DNA of 64,000 nt from Nitrospirota bacterium. GTDB taxonomy: Bacteria > Nitrospirota > UBA9217. Under the pieces are notes generated by a model. It searched no databases. It was given only the letters and a program-made list of their open reading frames with translations, and was not told the DNA's origin. The stretch is taken from assembly GCA_963737155.1 (NCBI GenBank), contig CAVTRN010000002.1:2208001-2272000 (forward strand), in the 5' to 3' direction. The translations under genes were made by a program, and so were the position numbers. Below are positions 19,844 through 30,681 of the stretch, in pieces (position 1 is the first letter of the stretch; every line of letters starts with the position of its first letter).

Positions 19844-21607
19844 TTATCGATCGGTCTTAATATCCCGGATATCCAGCTCCAACTTGTTAGAACCGTTCCA
19901 GACATTCAAGCGGGGAGTGAACACCGCGGCCAGCTGTGCGCCATTTTTGACCTGTCTCCCAAACAGCGACCCTTTATTGAAGGCAATTGCGTCCATGGTC
20001 TTTCCCTGACCCTGCCTAAGTGTGAGTTTTAAATGGCAATTGCCGACGACATGTGAGGACACAACCTGAAGCCCCCGTGCCCCGAACCGTGGCTCCGGGT
20101 TCCCTTGGCCAAAAGGCGCCATTTTTTCAATTTCCCGCATCAGATCCATAGTCAGATCGTCGAACGTCACGGAGCCATCGATGGATAGCGTCCTGACAAA
20201 TCCCTGGGGTCCCAGCTTTTCAAGCACGAGTGTACTTAAACGCTCTCGGAAAGATCCAATATTCTTTTCCGAAAGGGAAAATCCTGCCGCATATTTATGC
20301 CCTCCGAACCCCAGCAGCAGTTCTGAACAGGCCCTAAGGCCCTCATAGAGATCGTAACCGGGGATGCTTCTCGCCGATCCCTTGCCCACACCGTTCTTTA
20401 CGCAGATCAGCGCCGTAGGACGGTAAAACTCCTCAACTATCTTCGATGCCACGATACCGACTACGCCGGGATGCCACTCCTCGGACGACAGCACCAGTGC
20501 TCCCGCTTCCGATGGGGCTGTCTTAAGGCACAGGTGACGGGCCTCATCGAGGATTCGTTCTTCAACTGACTGGCGCTCTCGATTCACCAAATCGAGAGCG
20601 TGAGCAATTTCGAAGGCTTCTTTTGGAGAATCTGTTGTTAGAAGTTTGAACGCCATGTCCGCCCGCTCAAGTCTCCCGCTTGCGTTTAGTCTTGGGGCAA
20701 TCGTGAACCCCACGGTCCCTACTCCTACCTTTTTCCCATTCAGTCCAGCAAGCTGTTTCAGGGCTGCAATTCCGGTACGAGGCGCCGTAGTTGAGGACAT
20801 TGCTTCAAGTCCGTATCTGACCATAATACGGTTCTCGCCCGTGATCTTGCCCACATCGGCAACCGTGCCGAGTGCCACCAGGTCAAGATAGGATTTCAAG
20901 TGCTCATCGTCGGCCGGTGCATTCAACAGGGCCTGAACGAGCTTAAAAGCAATGCCGACACCAGTCAGTCCGGCAACCTGCCGGCGCATGTCGGCCGGCA
21001 CATCAGGCAATAGACGCAGCGGGTGTAGAATCGCGTAGGCACCGGGAAGGCTATGACCGCTTGCGTCGCGCGAAATGTTTGAACCGTTTGGACCCTTTGC
21101 ATCGACGAACTCGTGGTGGTCGGTAATGATTAAATCAAGGCCGAGGGAGCGTGCTGTCGCGGCCTCGCGATACGCAGTAATACCGCAGTCGACGGAAATA
21201 ACGAGTCCTGCCCCGTCGGCTCTTATCGTTTCAAGGGCCCCGGTGTTCAAGCCGTAACCTTCCGCCATACGATCCGGGATGTAGCTGCCGACAATAGCTC
21301 CCAGCCTTTTCAGGGCAAGGTATAGTAGGGCTGTGCCACTCACCCCATCGACGTCATAATCTCCGTAAATGACGATCTTTTCACCGGCTGCTATTGCTGT
21401 CCTGATACGGGCGACCGAACGTTCCATATGGAAAAATATGGCCGGATCGGACAGAGTCGATAGCTTGCAGGATAGAAAGAACTGTACATCTGTTTCAGCA
21501 GTTATCCCACGATTCACCAGGAGTCGCGCTATGAGCGGATGGAGGCCCGCATGCTCCGCAAGCGCGGCAACGGTGCCTTCATCGGATTCAGTGAGTACCC
21601 ATTTCAT
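19844..21607 (-). CDS. recJ: single-stranded-DNA exonuclease RecJ
   Basis: YGDYDVDG, ITDHH, LGTVADV, PRLNASGRL, GGHKYAAG, PFGQGNPEP. Confidence 0.97.
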   Translation of the reverse strand: MKWVLTESDEGTVAALAEHAGLHPLIARLLVNRGITAETDVQFFLSCKLSTLSDPAIFFHMERSVARIRTAIAAGEKIVIYGDYDVDGVSGTALLYLALKRLGAIVGSYIPDRMAEGYGLNTGALETIRADGAGLVISVDCGITAYREAATARSLGLDLIITDHHEFVDAKGPNGSNISRDASGHSLPGAYAILHPLRLLPDVPADMRRQVAGLTGVGIAFKLVQALLNAPADDEHLKSYLDLVALGTVADVGKITGENRIMVRYGLEAMSSTTAPRTGIAALKQLAGLNGKKVGVGTVGFTIAPRLNASGRLERADMAFKLLTTDSPKEAFEIAHALDLVNRERQSVEERILDEARHLCLKTAPSEAGALVLSSEEWHPGVVGIVASKIVEEFYRPTALICVKNGVGKGSARSIPGYDLYEGLRACSELLLGFGGHKYAAGFSLSEKNIGSFRERLSTLVLEKLGPQGFVRTLSIDGSVTFDDLTMDLMREIEKMAPFGQGNPEPRFGARGLQVVSSHVVGNCHLKLTLRQGQGKTMDAIAFNKGSLFGRQVKNGAQLAAVFTPRLNVWNGSNKLELDIRDIKTDR

Positions 21608-21766
21608 ACTTATAGCCCGTCCTTCCGCCTCCTTGTTTTCTTTGTCTTTCTTTGCCGTACGCGGGAAAATCCTTTTACAATCCGCGTATGGCCTTTCCAA
21701 GACCTTCCCCCAGTTGCGACAGTTTACTCCTTCCAAAAATCATCAGTGCGAGTACAAGGATACTGA

Positions 21767-22357
21767 CTAGATCGGGCAGTCCCAATCCGCACTTGCTGCT
21801 TCCTCATATTCTTGTCGTGTGTTCAGATTTTTAAACGATTTCCTCTCAGGGTCAAAACGGTCGATCTCATCTTTCAATACATACCGAACTCGCAGATCAA
21901 CGAGCGCGTTCCGTATTCTTTGATCGTCTTGCTTGATCCGCTCTTCAATGACCGTGACTATCCCCTTCCGGTACACTGCGTGCAGTGGTTCCAGAAAGTC
22001 ACCGATTGCAGGAACTACCGCATCATACCCCTCGGCCAGTGCGGTCATATACGCGATAAGCTGGGTGTTCAAGAAAGGCATGTCGCAGGCGATGACAAAG
22101 TTATATTCGTCATGCGAGGACCGGAGGCCTGAATAGATTCCGGTCAGAGGCCCACGCTTATTGAAGGCATCCCTTACGGCGGAAACACCATAAGCGGCAT
22201 ATCGCTCGGGCGAGTTCGTAACGACTATAATGTCCCGGAAAAGACCCTTTAAAGGACGCAGAATATGTTCGATTAGCGGGCTTCCCGCGATGGTAAGGAA
22301 CGCCTTATCACTGCCCATGCGCCGGTTCTCGCCTCCTGCCAGAACTATCCCCGTCAT
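21767..22357 (-). CDS. mobA: molybdenum cofactor guanylyltransferase
   Basis: LAGGENRRMGSDKA, GPLTGI, ACDMPF, EPLHAVY, FKNLNT. Confidence 0.93.
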   Translation of the reverse strand: MTGIVLAGGENRRMGSDKAFLTIAGSPLIEHILRPLKGLFRDIIVVTNSPERYAAYGVSAVRDAFNKRGPLTGIYSGLRSSHDEYNFVIACDMPFLNTQLIAYMTALAEGYDAVVPAIGDFLEPLHAVYRKGIVTVIEERIKQDDQRIRNALVDLRVRYVLKDEIDRFDPERKSFKNLNTRQEYEEAASADWDCPI

Positions 22358-23053
22358 ATTTAAAATTACCGTATTTACCAGATGGTGTCAACAAAGATAT
22401 TGAAATGTTTCTTCACAACAGGCTGAGAAACTGCTGAAATACCTTTTGTTTCTTCCGCATCGTCACTGAGAACTGTAGTGTTATATCATCAAGTCGGGAA
22501 CAATGCCAAAAAGGAAAATAGCTGAGCACAAATTTAACAGCGGGGACTTAACTGCGGTCGGAAGGATTGAGGTCATCCATCATATTCCCGCACCTGCAAA
22601 TAGAACGAGAACCAGCAGCAATATCTGAAAATTACCGGAATTCACAACTGACAGCTCAAGGTATAGATATCGGTAAACTGGAACATCCGGCCTCTCAGCC
22701 GGCCAGAACGCACTCGACTTCACGCTCTTCCACACCCTCAGTAGTAACATTTGCTTGCCTCCTTTTGGCTAATAGCGAAGAGCGTGGTCATGTATTTTAC
22801 GTTGCGTTCTATCCAAGATTCTCAACATGATTATTACTCGACACATCGTAATCCGGTTTTATTCAGATGTAGTATTGTATATGCGTCGTTAATTATATGT
22901 CGGAACTCATAGCGTTGCCCTGATCTCTGTGCCACATAGATCGGACATGCTGAACAAAATAAAATCTTTAATTTCCCTGCCTTCTGTGGTAAATTGTTTC
23001 TATCAACATTGACTTGAATTAATCAAAATGGTCGGGAGTACTTCTTTTTGCAT

Positions 23054-23584
23054 ATGCCAAAAAACGCGAATTCTCGCTTAAACCTCATGGCGCTCATCTT
23101 AGCCGATTTTTCCACAGTTGCTATCATAGCAATTGCGCTGAGCCTCTTTCTCAATACATCCGCTATTGCCGGTGATAAAGCATATATCAAGCCATCAGCC
23201 CGGGATAAATGTTCGGTCTGCGGCATGTTTGTCGCCGGATTCCCCGACTGGACTGCCGAGATTATCTATCGTGACGGAACTTACCGGGTTTTCGACGGCC
23301 CCAAAGACATGTTCAAATATCTTACGAATTTCAAGAAGTATGAGCACTCCCAGCAGCAAGAGGATATTGTGAGCATCTATGTTACCGATTATTACAGCGT
23401 CCATCCCCTCGACGCAAACAAGGCTTTCTTCGTCACTGGCAGCAACATATACGGCCCGATGGGAAATGAATTTGTCTCCTTTGAGGCAGTAACGGACGCT
23501 AAGGAATTTATGAAGGACCATGCAGGAAAAAGGGTCCTCCGCTTCCACGACGTCACACGGAAGATTCTTAAGGAATTCGAGTAA
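23054..23584 (+). CDS. NosL-family periplasmic metal-binding protein
   Basis: Signal/TM segment, CSVCGMFV, FDGPKDM, VTDYY, GPMG. Confidence 0.88.
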   Translation: MPKNANSRLNLMALILADFSTVAIIAIALSLFLNTSAIAGDKAYIKPSARDKCSVCGMFVAGFPDWTAEIIYRDGTYRVFDGPKDMFKYLTNFKKYEHSQQQEDIVSIYVTDYYSVHPLDANKAFFVTGSNIYGPMGNEFVSFEAVTDAKEFMKDHAGKRVLRFHDVTRKILKEFE

Positions 23585-23588
23585 CCGG

Positions 23589-23897
23589 ATGAGAAAATCT
23601 TCTCTTTTTTTCTTTTATCTTGCCATCAGCAGCCTCTGCCTGGTAGTGGCTTTTGCCCATGCGCAGTATCAGCAGTATCGACGGTCGCCGGAACTCCAGG
23701 AAAATGCCAGACTCGTACGCACTCTCGAACTGACCGACCTCTGCCTTTTCACCGAGGCACGTTATACACGCAACCCTTCACAGGCCGATTTTTACGCGCC
23801 TTTCCAGGATCATCCTTGTTCTCTGGAGCATTTCCCGTCAGGCTCGCTGATTATGCCGAATCGGGGAAACGCCAAAAATCATGCATTCATGGATTGA
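23589..23897 (+). CDS. small membrane-anchored conserved hypothetical protein
   Basis: N-terminal TM, LTDLCLFTEARYTRNPS..FQDHP..LEHFPSG; tightly packed in the operon. Confidence 0.75.
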   Translation: MRKSSLFFFYLAISSLCLVVAFAHAQYQQYRRSPELQENARLVRTLELTDLCLFTEARYTRNPSQADFYAPFQDHPCSLEHFPSGSLIMPNRGNAKNHAFMD

Positions 23898-25017
23898 AAA
23901 ACAACGCAACATCATTGATTTTACCCTCTCTTCGCTGTCCCGAAGGAAAGGGAAAAATATTGCCCTTCTGCTTGTTTATACCCTTCTCGTCTTTCTCCTC
24001 GCATCTGTCATGTTCTTTACACATGCGCTTAAGCGGGAGGCCGCACTCACCCTTCAGGACGCGCCGGAAATTATAGTCCAACGGACGTCCGAAGGGAGAT
24101 ATGAGCCGATTCCGCGAAAATACATCGAGGTTTTGAACAAAATCAAGGGTGTCACTTCTGTTCGCGGGAGGCTGTGGGGCTACTATTACGATTCTGCGAT
24201 CGGCGCGAATTATACCATTATGGTCCCTGAGAATTTTCCGTATAAATCCGGCGACATCACGATCGGCAGCGGAGTCTCACGGGTGCGACTGGCTGCGAAG
24301 AATGACATGATCCCGCTGCGCGCCTACGATGGGATATCGATCCCCTTTCATATCCGCGATGTCTTTTCATCGGAGTCAGAACTCGTCTCATCGGACCTCC
24401 TGCTTATTTCGGAATCCGATTACCGGAAGCTTTTCGGAACGAGTAAAGACCTGGTCACCGATATCACCCTCAAGGTTAGGAACACAACAGAGATTCCCAC
24501 TGTAGCACAAAAAATAGTCAACCTCCTTCCCAATGCCCGCCCGATCACGAAGCGGGAGATCCTGAGGACCTACGAATCCATATTTGACTGGAGAAGCGGA
24601 ATTATCGTAGCCATACTCACCGGATCCGTACTCGCATTCATCATCGTGTCTTGGGACAAGGCGTCGGGTCTAAGCGCTGAAGAAAAAAAAGAAATAGGCA
24701 TTTTAAAGGCCGTGGGCTGGGAAACCTCGGACATTCTACTCATGAAATTCTGGGAAGGTGCGGTAATCTCGCTCTCATCGTTTCTTGCCGGTGTTCTCCT
24801 TGCCTATGTTCATGTTTTTTTCACATCCGCGACCCTTTTTGAGCCCGTGCTCAAAGGCTGGTCAGTGCTTTATCCCGAGTTCAGACTCGTGCCTTTCATA
24901 GATCCATACCAGGTCGCAACGCTATTTTTCCTGACAGTGGTGCCTTACACCGTTGCGACCATTGTCCCTTCCTGGCATGCCGCCACCATTGACCCTGATT
25001 CGGTTATGAGGTCATGA
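23881..25017 (+). CDS. FtsX/LolE-like ABC transporter permease
   Basis: TM1, periplasmic domain, EKKEIGILKAVGW, further TMs. Confidence 0.9.
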   Translation: MHSWIEKQRNIIDFTLSSLSRRKGKNIALLLVYTLLVFLLASVMFFTHALKREAALTLQDAPEIIVQRTSEGRYEPIPRKYIEVLNKIKGVTSVRGRLWGYYYDSAIGANYTIMVPENFPYKSGDITIGSGVSRVRLAAKNDMIPLRAYDGISIPFHIRDVFSSESELVSSDLLLISESDYRKLFGTSKDLVTDITLKVRNTTEIPTVAQKIVNLLPNARPITKREILRTYESIFDWRSGIIVAILTGSVLAFIIVSWDKASGLSAEEKKEIGILKAVGWETSDILLMKFWEGAVISLSSFLAGVLLAYVHVFFTSATLFEPVLKGWSVLYPEFRLVPFIDPYQVATLFFLTVVPYTVATIVPSWHAATIDPDSVMRS

Positions 25018-25700
25018 TGATGATCGAACTGAAAAATATCCGCAAGGTTTTCAATCAGGGGAAATCCTACGAGCTGGTTGCTGTGGACGAGGTGACTATC
25101 TCTCTGGAATCAAAAAAGATTACCGTGTTCAAGGGGCCGAGCGGTTCCGGAAAAACCACACTCTTGTCCCTAGCTGGATGCATGGCCCGGCCCACTTCAG
25201 GCAGGATATTCCTCGGTGACCGGGAGCTCTCAAGCCTTCCCGAACGCTTTCTGACCGAGATCCGCCGTACCCATTTCGGTTTTATCTTCCAGCAGTTTAA
25301 TCTCGTAAAAGGAATTTCAGCCCTGGAAAATGTTATGTTGCCAGCATACCCGCGCGGCGGACCCCATGGAGCGCTGAAAAAACATGCTCAGGAACTCCTT
25401 GAGCTTTTCGGCATCGAGGGGCGCGCATCGTCAAAGGCAGAATGGCTTTCCGGCGGCGAGGCCCAGCGAACAGCAATCGCACGTGCGCTGATTAACGATC
25501 CCGGAGTCATTATAGCCGACGAGCCGACGGCGCACCTCGATACTAAACTGTCTCGTGAATTCATGGATATCGTAGGCCGCCTGAAAGAGCAACAAAAGAC
25601 TGTCATTATCGCTAGCCATGATCCTCTCGTTTACGAAGCCGCCATGATCGATCGGGTCATTACCATGCGAGACGGCAGGATCGAAGGAGTGAAAACATGA
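25014..25700 (+). CDS. LolD-like ABC transporter ATP-binding protein
   Basis: GPSGSGKT, LSGGEAQR, IIADEPT. Confidence 0.95.
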   Translation: MMMIELKNIRKVFNQGKSYELVAVDEVTISLESKKITVFKGPSGSGKTTLLSLAGCMARPTSGRIFLGDRELSSLPERFLTEIRRTHFGFIFQQFNLVKGISALENVMLPAYPRGGPHGALKKHAQELLELFGIEGRASSKAEWLSGGEAQRTAIARALINDPGVIIADEPTAHLDTKLSREFMDIVGRLKEQQKTVIIASHDPLVYEAAMIDRVITMRDGRIEGVKT

Positions 25701-26689
25701 TCCTGCATCCCGCAATAATCGCTCTGCTGGTCTCTTCCGGCATGATAAGTCTTCTTACGTTGTACGCGGACTATTACGGCATCCTGATCATCAGGAAATG
25801 GGATATTCGGAGCGGCAGCGGCAATCAGCTTGAGCTTGAGCGAAGAACCTACCTCATTTCCACCATCCTCGCCTATGTATTCGGATTTCAGCTCTTTTCC
25901 CTATTTTTATATGTTTACACCGCGGACAGCCTGTGTTCCCTATTTACTGGGGCCATGTGCGCCGTGGGCACACTCGAGGTCAACAGCTACGGCTATCCCG
26001 TTCTCCTGCTCAAGCTTGCGAACTTCATCCTGGCCGGATTCTGGCTTATCATAAACTATGCGGACAACCGAGGCTACGACTATCCGCTCATCAGGATCAA
26101 ATATACTTTTCTTGCCCTACTCACTCCGCTCATCGTCGCCGAAACAGTGCTACAGACCCTTTATTTTCTCGGTCTTCATGCCGATATCATTACTTCCTGC
26201 TGTGGCAGCCTCTTCAGCGGCAGTGGATCAGGCGTTGTTTCGAGTCTGAGCTCGTTTCCGCCTTCACCAATGAAAATCATTTTTTTCGTCACCATGACAA
26301 TAGCCCTCGGGACAAGCGTTCTCTTTTATCGTACAGGCAAGGGAGCCTATTTTCATGGGCTTGTTTCAGCTGTCCTTCTCCCTGTCGCCCTGGAATCGTT
26401 GATCACTTTCATCGGGCCTTATATCTATGAACTTCCCATGCACCATTGTCCATTCTGCGTGCTTCGGGAAGAGTATGGATATATCGGTTATCCCCTGTAC
26501 ATTACCTTGCTTAGCGGCGCGGTCTCTGGTATGGGCGTGGGTATTCTCATGCCTTTCATAAAAAAACCAAGTCTCGTTGACGTTATTCCGGCACTTCAAA
26601 AAAAGCTTGCCCTCTTATCTTTTGTCTGCTATGCCCTTTTTGCGATTATCGTCCTCTACCGGATATACGCTTCAAACCTGGTGCTCTGA
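25697..26689 (+). CDS. multi-pass membrane protein with Cys/His motifs
   Basis: Many TM segments; GAMCAVG, ITSCCGS, HHCPFC; ATGA overlap with the upstream gene. Confidence 0.8.
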   Translation: MILHPAIIALLVSSGMISLLTLYADYYGILIIRKWDIRSGSGNQLELERRTYLISTILAYVFGFQLFSLFLYVYTADSLCSLFTGAMCAVGTLEVNSYGYPVLLLKLANFILAGFWLIINYADNRGYDYPLIRIKYTFLALLTPLIVAETVLQTLYFLGLHADIITSCCGSLFSGSGSGVVSSLSSFPPSPMKIIFFVTMTIALGTSVLFYRTGKGAYFHGLVSAVLLPVALESLITFIGPYIYELPMHHCPFCVLREEYGYIGYPLYITLLSGAVSGMGVGILMPFIKKPSLVDVIPALQKKLALLSFVCYALFAIIVLYRIYASNLVL

Positions 26690-26815
26690 AAGCCTGATCA
26701 TGATCATTGCCATCCTGGCTATGCCTAAACATTCCCAATTCATTTTTGCAGAATTTTCGCATTACCAGGTCAATTTGTCTTGACAGGGAGATATCCAGAA
26801 TTTTATTATATTTGC

Positions 26816-27307
26816 ATGAGTTTTCCCGAATTACTGCAACCCCTTGCAAGGGAAAAAACCTCTTCGAGCTTGATAGGTGGCCTTGCATTCCTACTGTTCG
26901 TAAGTTTAATTTTATGCATCCTGTCCGCATGTTCGAGACAGACATCCTATCCCGCGCCGTCGCGTATCGGACCAGATATCGTTATCGACACAGCAGGCCT
27001 AGAACTTGAAGTTCCTAAATTCTATACATACCAGTTCCATGACAAGCAGATCAATTTTTTTGTGATCAAAACGGAGGACAGAATCCTTTCCTTTCTAGAT
27101 GCCTGCGCGAGTTGTTATCCCCACAAGCAAGGATACCGCTTTGAAGACAGCGCGATTATCTGCCGTCATTGCAACGTCAGGCTTCCCGTCAACAATCTCG
27201 AAAAGGGCATCGGGAACTGTTATCCGATCAAGATTGAAGGCAGAATGGGAAAGGGCAAGTATCTGATTGCGGCGGAGACTCTGGAAAAGGCGGCGGACAA
27301 GTTTTAA
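26816..27307 (+). CDS. DUF2318/FtrD-like membrane-anchored Fe-S protein
   Basis: DACASCY, ICRHC, GNCYP. Confidence 0.82.
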   Translation: MSFPELLQPLAREKTSSSLIGGLAFLLFVSLILCILSACSRQTSYPAPSRIGPDIVIDTAGLELEVPKFYTYQFHDKQINFFVIKTEDRILSFLDACASCYPHKQGYRFEDSAIICRHCNVRLPVNNLEKGIGNCYPIKIEGRMGKGKYLIAAETLEKAADKF

Positions 27308-27625
27308 ATATAGTATGTATTTTTTATATCAAAATATTCTTTAACAGCCATGTTCCGTTCCTAAAAATGATTATTGATAAAATTTATAAAACAAATTTCA
27401 TCGAATAATATACTGCAATTTTGAGCCCATCAGAATTCGCTCTATTTGTTAATTATTTATTCTTATGCGTATTCGATGATTGACACTATTCTCACTAAAA
27501 AGGATAGAAAATGTCCCTTCAACTCCCGTCCGTGCCGGCCCTTTCCATCGACACAGGGCAGGTAACCGGAGTAATAGCGATATTGTAATCTTGAGCAATA
27601 ATGACAAGGGATGTATTTTGCATTT

Positions 27626-28834
27626 TCACTCGTAACGAAGGGCCTGGATCGGGTCCAGAAGCGAGGCTTTGCGTGCGGGATAAACACCGAAGAAAACGCC
27701 GACTGCGACTGAGAAGGTAAAAGCCATAATAATAGACCATGCCGATACACTCGTGGGAAGAACATCAACGAACACAGGAATGATCAGCGCGAGACCGACA
27801 CCAATGAAGATGCCGATAATGCCACCTGCACCGGAAAGCGTCATAGCTTCGATCATAAATTGCGCCATGATATCACGGTTTCGTGCACCGAGGGCCTTAC
27901 GGACGCCGATTTCGCGCGTTCGCTCGCGCACCGAAACCAGCATGATATTCATGATCCCGATGCCGCCGACGAGCAACGAGATGCCGGCAATCCCGCCGAG
28001 TACTGCTGTCAGAATGCCGAGAATGTTATTCATCGTGGAAAGCATGGCACCCTGAGTCTCTATCGTAAAGTCTTCCTTGTATGCGTGCCGCCTCATGAGA
28101 ATATCCTTGATCTGTGCTCTGGCGTTGTCTATATCCTCAGACCTCGACGTCGATCCTAGTATTTCAAAAAGACCGTCCGTGTCAAATAGTTCCTGACCAC
28201 TCGTCACGGGAATGAACACGACGTCATCGATGTCCCAGCCCAGGCTTGTTCCCTTCTTCCGCATCACACCCACGACGCGATATCGCGCGTCGGAGAGCAT
28301 AACAACCTTGCCGAGCGGGTTCTGATCGCCAAACAGTTCTTCTTTCACTTTGGTCCCAAGTACCACGATCTTTCTCTGCGAATCGACATCTTCCTGTGAA
28401 ACATAACTTCCTGTATCGATAAACAGGTTTCTGACACGCTCAAACTCGGGGGTTGTTCCAATGATCGTTGTATCCCTTCCCAGATTCTGGAATATAATCC
28501 TTCCTGTTCCAAAAACGATGGGGACGGCATCGGTCAGAAGCCATGCCCTGCGCTTAAGAGCCTGAGCATCGTCGTAGGACAGTTTTCGGACCGTTCCGGC
28601 TGAAGGCAGATGGAAACCGCCACTTGTTGTTGTCTTTCCCGGAGTGATGATGAGCAGGTTGGTACCGAGACCGAAAAGTTCCCGGGTAATGTACACCCTC
28701 GCGCCTTCCCCGATGGACACCAGAAGGATTACCGACATGACGCCGATGATCACACCGAGCATGGTCAACCCTGAGCGAACCTTGTTCGACATAATAGCAT
28801 CGAGTGAAATCTGGCATGTTTCAAATAAATTCAT
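27626..28834 (-). CDS. MacB-like ABC permease
   Basis: LTMLGVIIGV, VGGIGIMNIMLVSVRERTREIGVRKALGA, DPIQALRYE. Confidence 0.95.
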   Translation of the reverse strand: MNLFETCQISLDAIMSNKVRSGLTMLGVIIGVMSVILLVSIGEGARVYITRELFGLGTNLLIITPGKTTTSGGFHLPSAGTVRKLSYDDAQALKRRAWLLTDAVPIVFGTGRIIFQNLGRDTTIIGTTPEFERVRNLFIDTGSYVSQEDVDSQRKIVVLGTKVKEELFGDQNPLGKVVMLSDARYRVVGVMRKKGTSLGWDIDDVVFIPVTSGQELFDTDGLFEILGSTSRSEDIDNARAQIKDILMRRHAYKEDFTIETQGAMLSTMNNILGILTAVLGGIAGISLLVGGIGIMNIMLVSVRERTREIGVRKALGARNRDIMAQFMIEAMTLSGAGGIIGIFIGVGLALIIPVFVDVLPTSVSAWSIIMAFTFSVAVGVFFGVYPARKASLLDPIQALRYE

Positions 28835-29508
28835 GAAGATACCCGGTCTTTTATGATCATTCCGTCCTTCAGGTGAATCCTCCTCTTACATCGGGCAGCC
28901 ACATTCTGATCATGAGTGACAATGATGATCGTGACACCCTGGATGTTAAGTCCTGACAGAATGTCCAAGATTTCTTCACCTGAACGGCTGTCTAGGTTAC
29001 CCGTTGGCTCATCGGCAAGCAGCAGTGGAGGGTTGTTGATAAGCGCGCGGGCAATCGCGACGCGCTGCTGCTGCCCCCCTGAAAGCTCCGTAGGCTTATG
29101 ATGCATGCGCTCGCTGAGCCCGACTTTTTCCAGGAGCGGCATCGCTCGTACTCGACGTTCACGCGCGGGGATGCCGCTGTAAATAAGCGGCATTTCTACA
29201 TTTTTAAGTGCGGAAAAACTCGGTAGAAGGTTGAAGGTTTGAAACACAAAACCGATTTTAACATTCCTGACACAAGCAAGTTCATCATTACTCAACGTGC
29301 TGATCTCTTTTGTCTCAAACCGGTAGACGCCGCTCGTGGGTCTGTCAAGACAGCCGACGATATTCATGAGTGTCGATTTTCCGGAGCCGGACGGCCCCAT
29401 GATGGCGATAAACTCTCCCCGCTTTATACTAAGGGAAACCCCGGAGAGAACAGTAATATCCACTTCGCCCATGCGGTAAATTTTGGTAATATTGGAAAGC
29501 TGAATCAT
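28831..29508 (-). CDS. MacB-like ABC ATP-binding protein
   Basis: [26 protein letters not shown]. Confidence 0.96.
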   Translation of the reverse strand: MIQLSNITKIYRMGEVDITVLSGVSLSIKRGEFIAIMGPSGSGKSTLMNIVGCLDRPTSGVYRFETKEISTLSNDELACVRNVKIGFVFQTFNLLPSFSALKNVEMPLIYSGIPARERRVRAMPLLEKVGLSERMHHKPTELSGGQQQRVAIARALINNPPLLLADEPTGNLDSRSGEEILDILSGLNIQGVTIIIVTHDQNVAARCKRRIHLKDGMIIKDRVSS

Positions 29509-29591
29509 AAATATAATAAAAGCTTAGGGTTCGCAGTAACAAACATAACCTGTTCAGAATGATCTATGCACGCTAAACTGTAAACTGTGGG

Positions 29592-30680
29592 CTACTGGAT
29601 GCCCACTTTCACTCCATCCTTTAACTCGGCCACCTCCGGTGTTGTGACAACGTAATCCCCTGCTTTGAGGCCGCCAATTATCTGTGTAAAGCTCCAGTTA
29701 GTCTCTCCGATTTCAATCGGTTGCAGCCTCACGACAGCACGGTTTCCGGGTTTCAAAATATTTGCTTCAACTTTATAAATCTGCTTTTTCCCGTCACGCT
29801 CTATGACCGCCTGGGAAGGGACAGACAGCACATCCTCCAGGGTTGCAACCAGGATTTCAATGTCCGCTGACATCCCGGGCTTGATTTTGGGCTGTTTCTT
29901 ATCGAAATATATCCACACGTCCGCAGTGCGAGTTTCAAGCTTTCCGCCACTCACGATCGGGGAGATTCGTTGAACGGTCCCCCTGAACTTTTCTCCGGGA
30001 AATGCATCAACCGTGATCAAGACAGACTGTCCGAGATGCAACCTACCCACATCAACTTCATCGATTGTTGCAAGGACATAAATACGATTTGGATCGACTA
30101 TCGTTACGATCTGTTTTCCCGGTACCAGTAGTTCACCAACCTCAGTGAATTTTTTGGATACAACACCTTCGAAAGGTGAGCTGATAACTGAATAGTCCTT
30201 CTTAACCTTGACGTCTTCTATTGCGGCATTGTACTGGGACTTTGCCACCTCGTAGGTCCTGCGAACTACGTCCAGATCCTGCTGGGAAATCATGCCTTTG
30301 TCGAACAGGTTCTGCATGCGCGTCAGATTTTTTTCCGCCTCGTTGTAGGTCGCCTTGCTCTGTTCGAGCACGCTCTGGCTTTGAACCTCTTCTTCAGTCA
30401 GGTCGAGCTGTGCAACCAGCGCGCCAGCCTTTACAATATCGCCTTCCCGAATCGGGAGCTTCAGCACCCTGCCTGTTCGCTGTGCCGAGAGTGTTACTTC
30501 TGTCTCGGACTTGACGGTTGAGGTCGTGGTAGCGTTCACCACTACTCGGAGTTCACCCGGCTCAAGCACGGCGATCTTGACCAAGACGGGTTTCTTCCCA
30601 TTCAGGATTACAACCAACGCGATAACCAAGACGACTGCAATACCCCACAGCAATTTATTCTTTACCATTTTGGCAAGCAT
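29592..30680 (-). CDS. MacA-like periplasmic adaptor (membrane fusion protein)
   Basis: N-terminal TM, lipoyl halves (REGDIVKAG, ISSPFEGVV), VDAFP, KPGMSA. Confidence 0.92.
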   Translation of the reverse strand: MLAKMVKNKLLWGIAVVLVIALVVILNGKKPVLVKIAVLEPGELRVVVNATTTSTVKSETEVTLSAQRTGRVLKLPIREGDIVKAGALVAQLDLTEEEVQSQSVLEQSKATYNEAEKNLTRMQNLFDKGMISQQDLDVVRRTYEVAKSQYNAAIEDVKVKKDYSVISSPFEGVVSKKFTEVGELLVPGKQIVTIVDPNRIYVLATIDEVDVGRLHLGQSVLITVDAFPGEKFRGTVQRISPIVSGGKLETRTADVWIYFDKKQPKIKPGMSADIEILVATLEDVLSVPSQAVIERDGKKQIYKVEANILKPGNRAVVRLQPIEIGETNWSFTQIIGGLKAGDYVVTTPEVAELKDGVKVGIQ

Positions 30681-30681
30681 T

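Noticed and set aside
19415-20032. 205-aa plus-strand ORF
   Set aside because: Antisense shadow of the IS remnant and the recJ 3' end.
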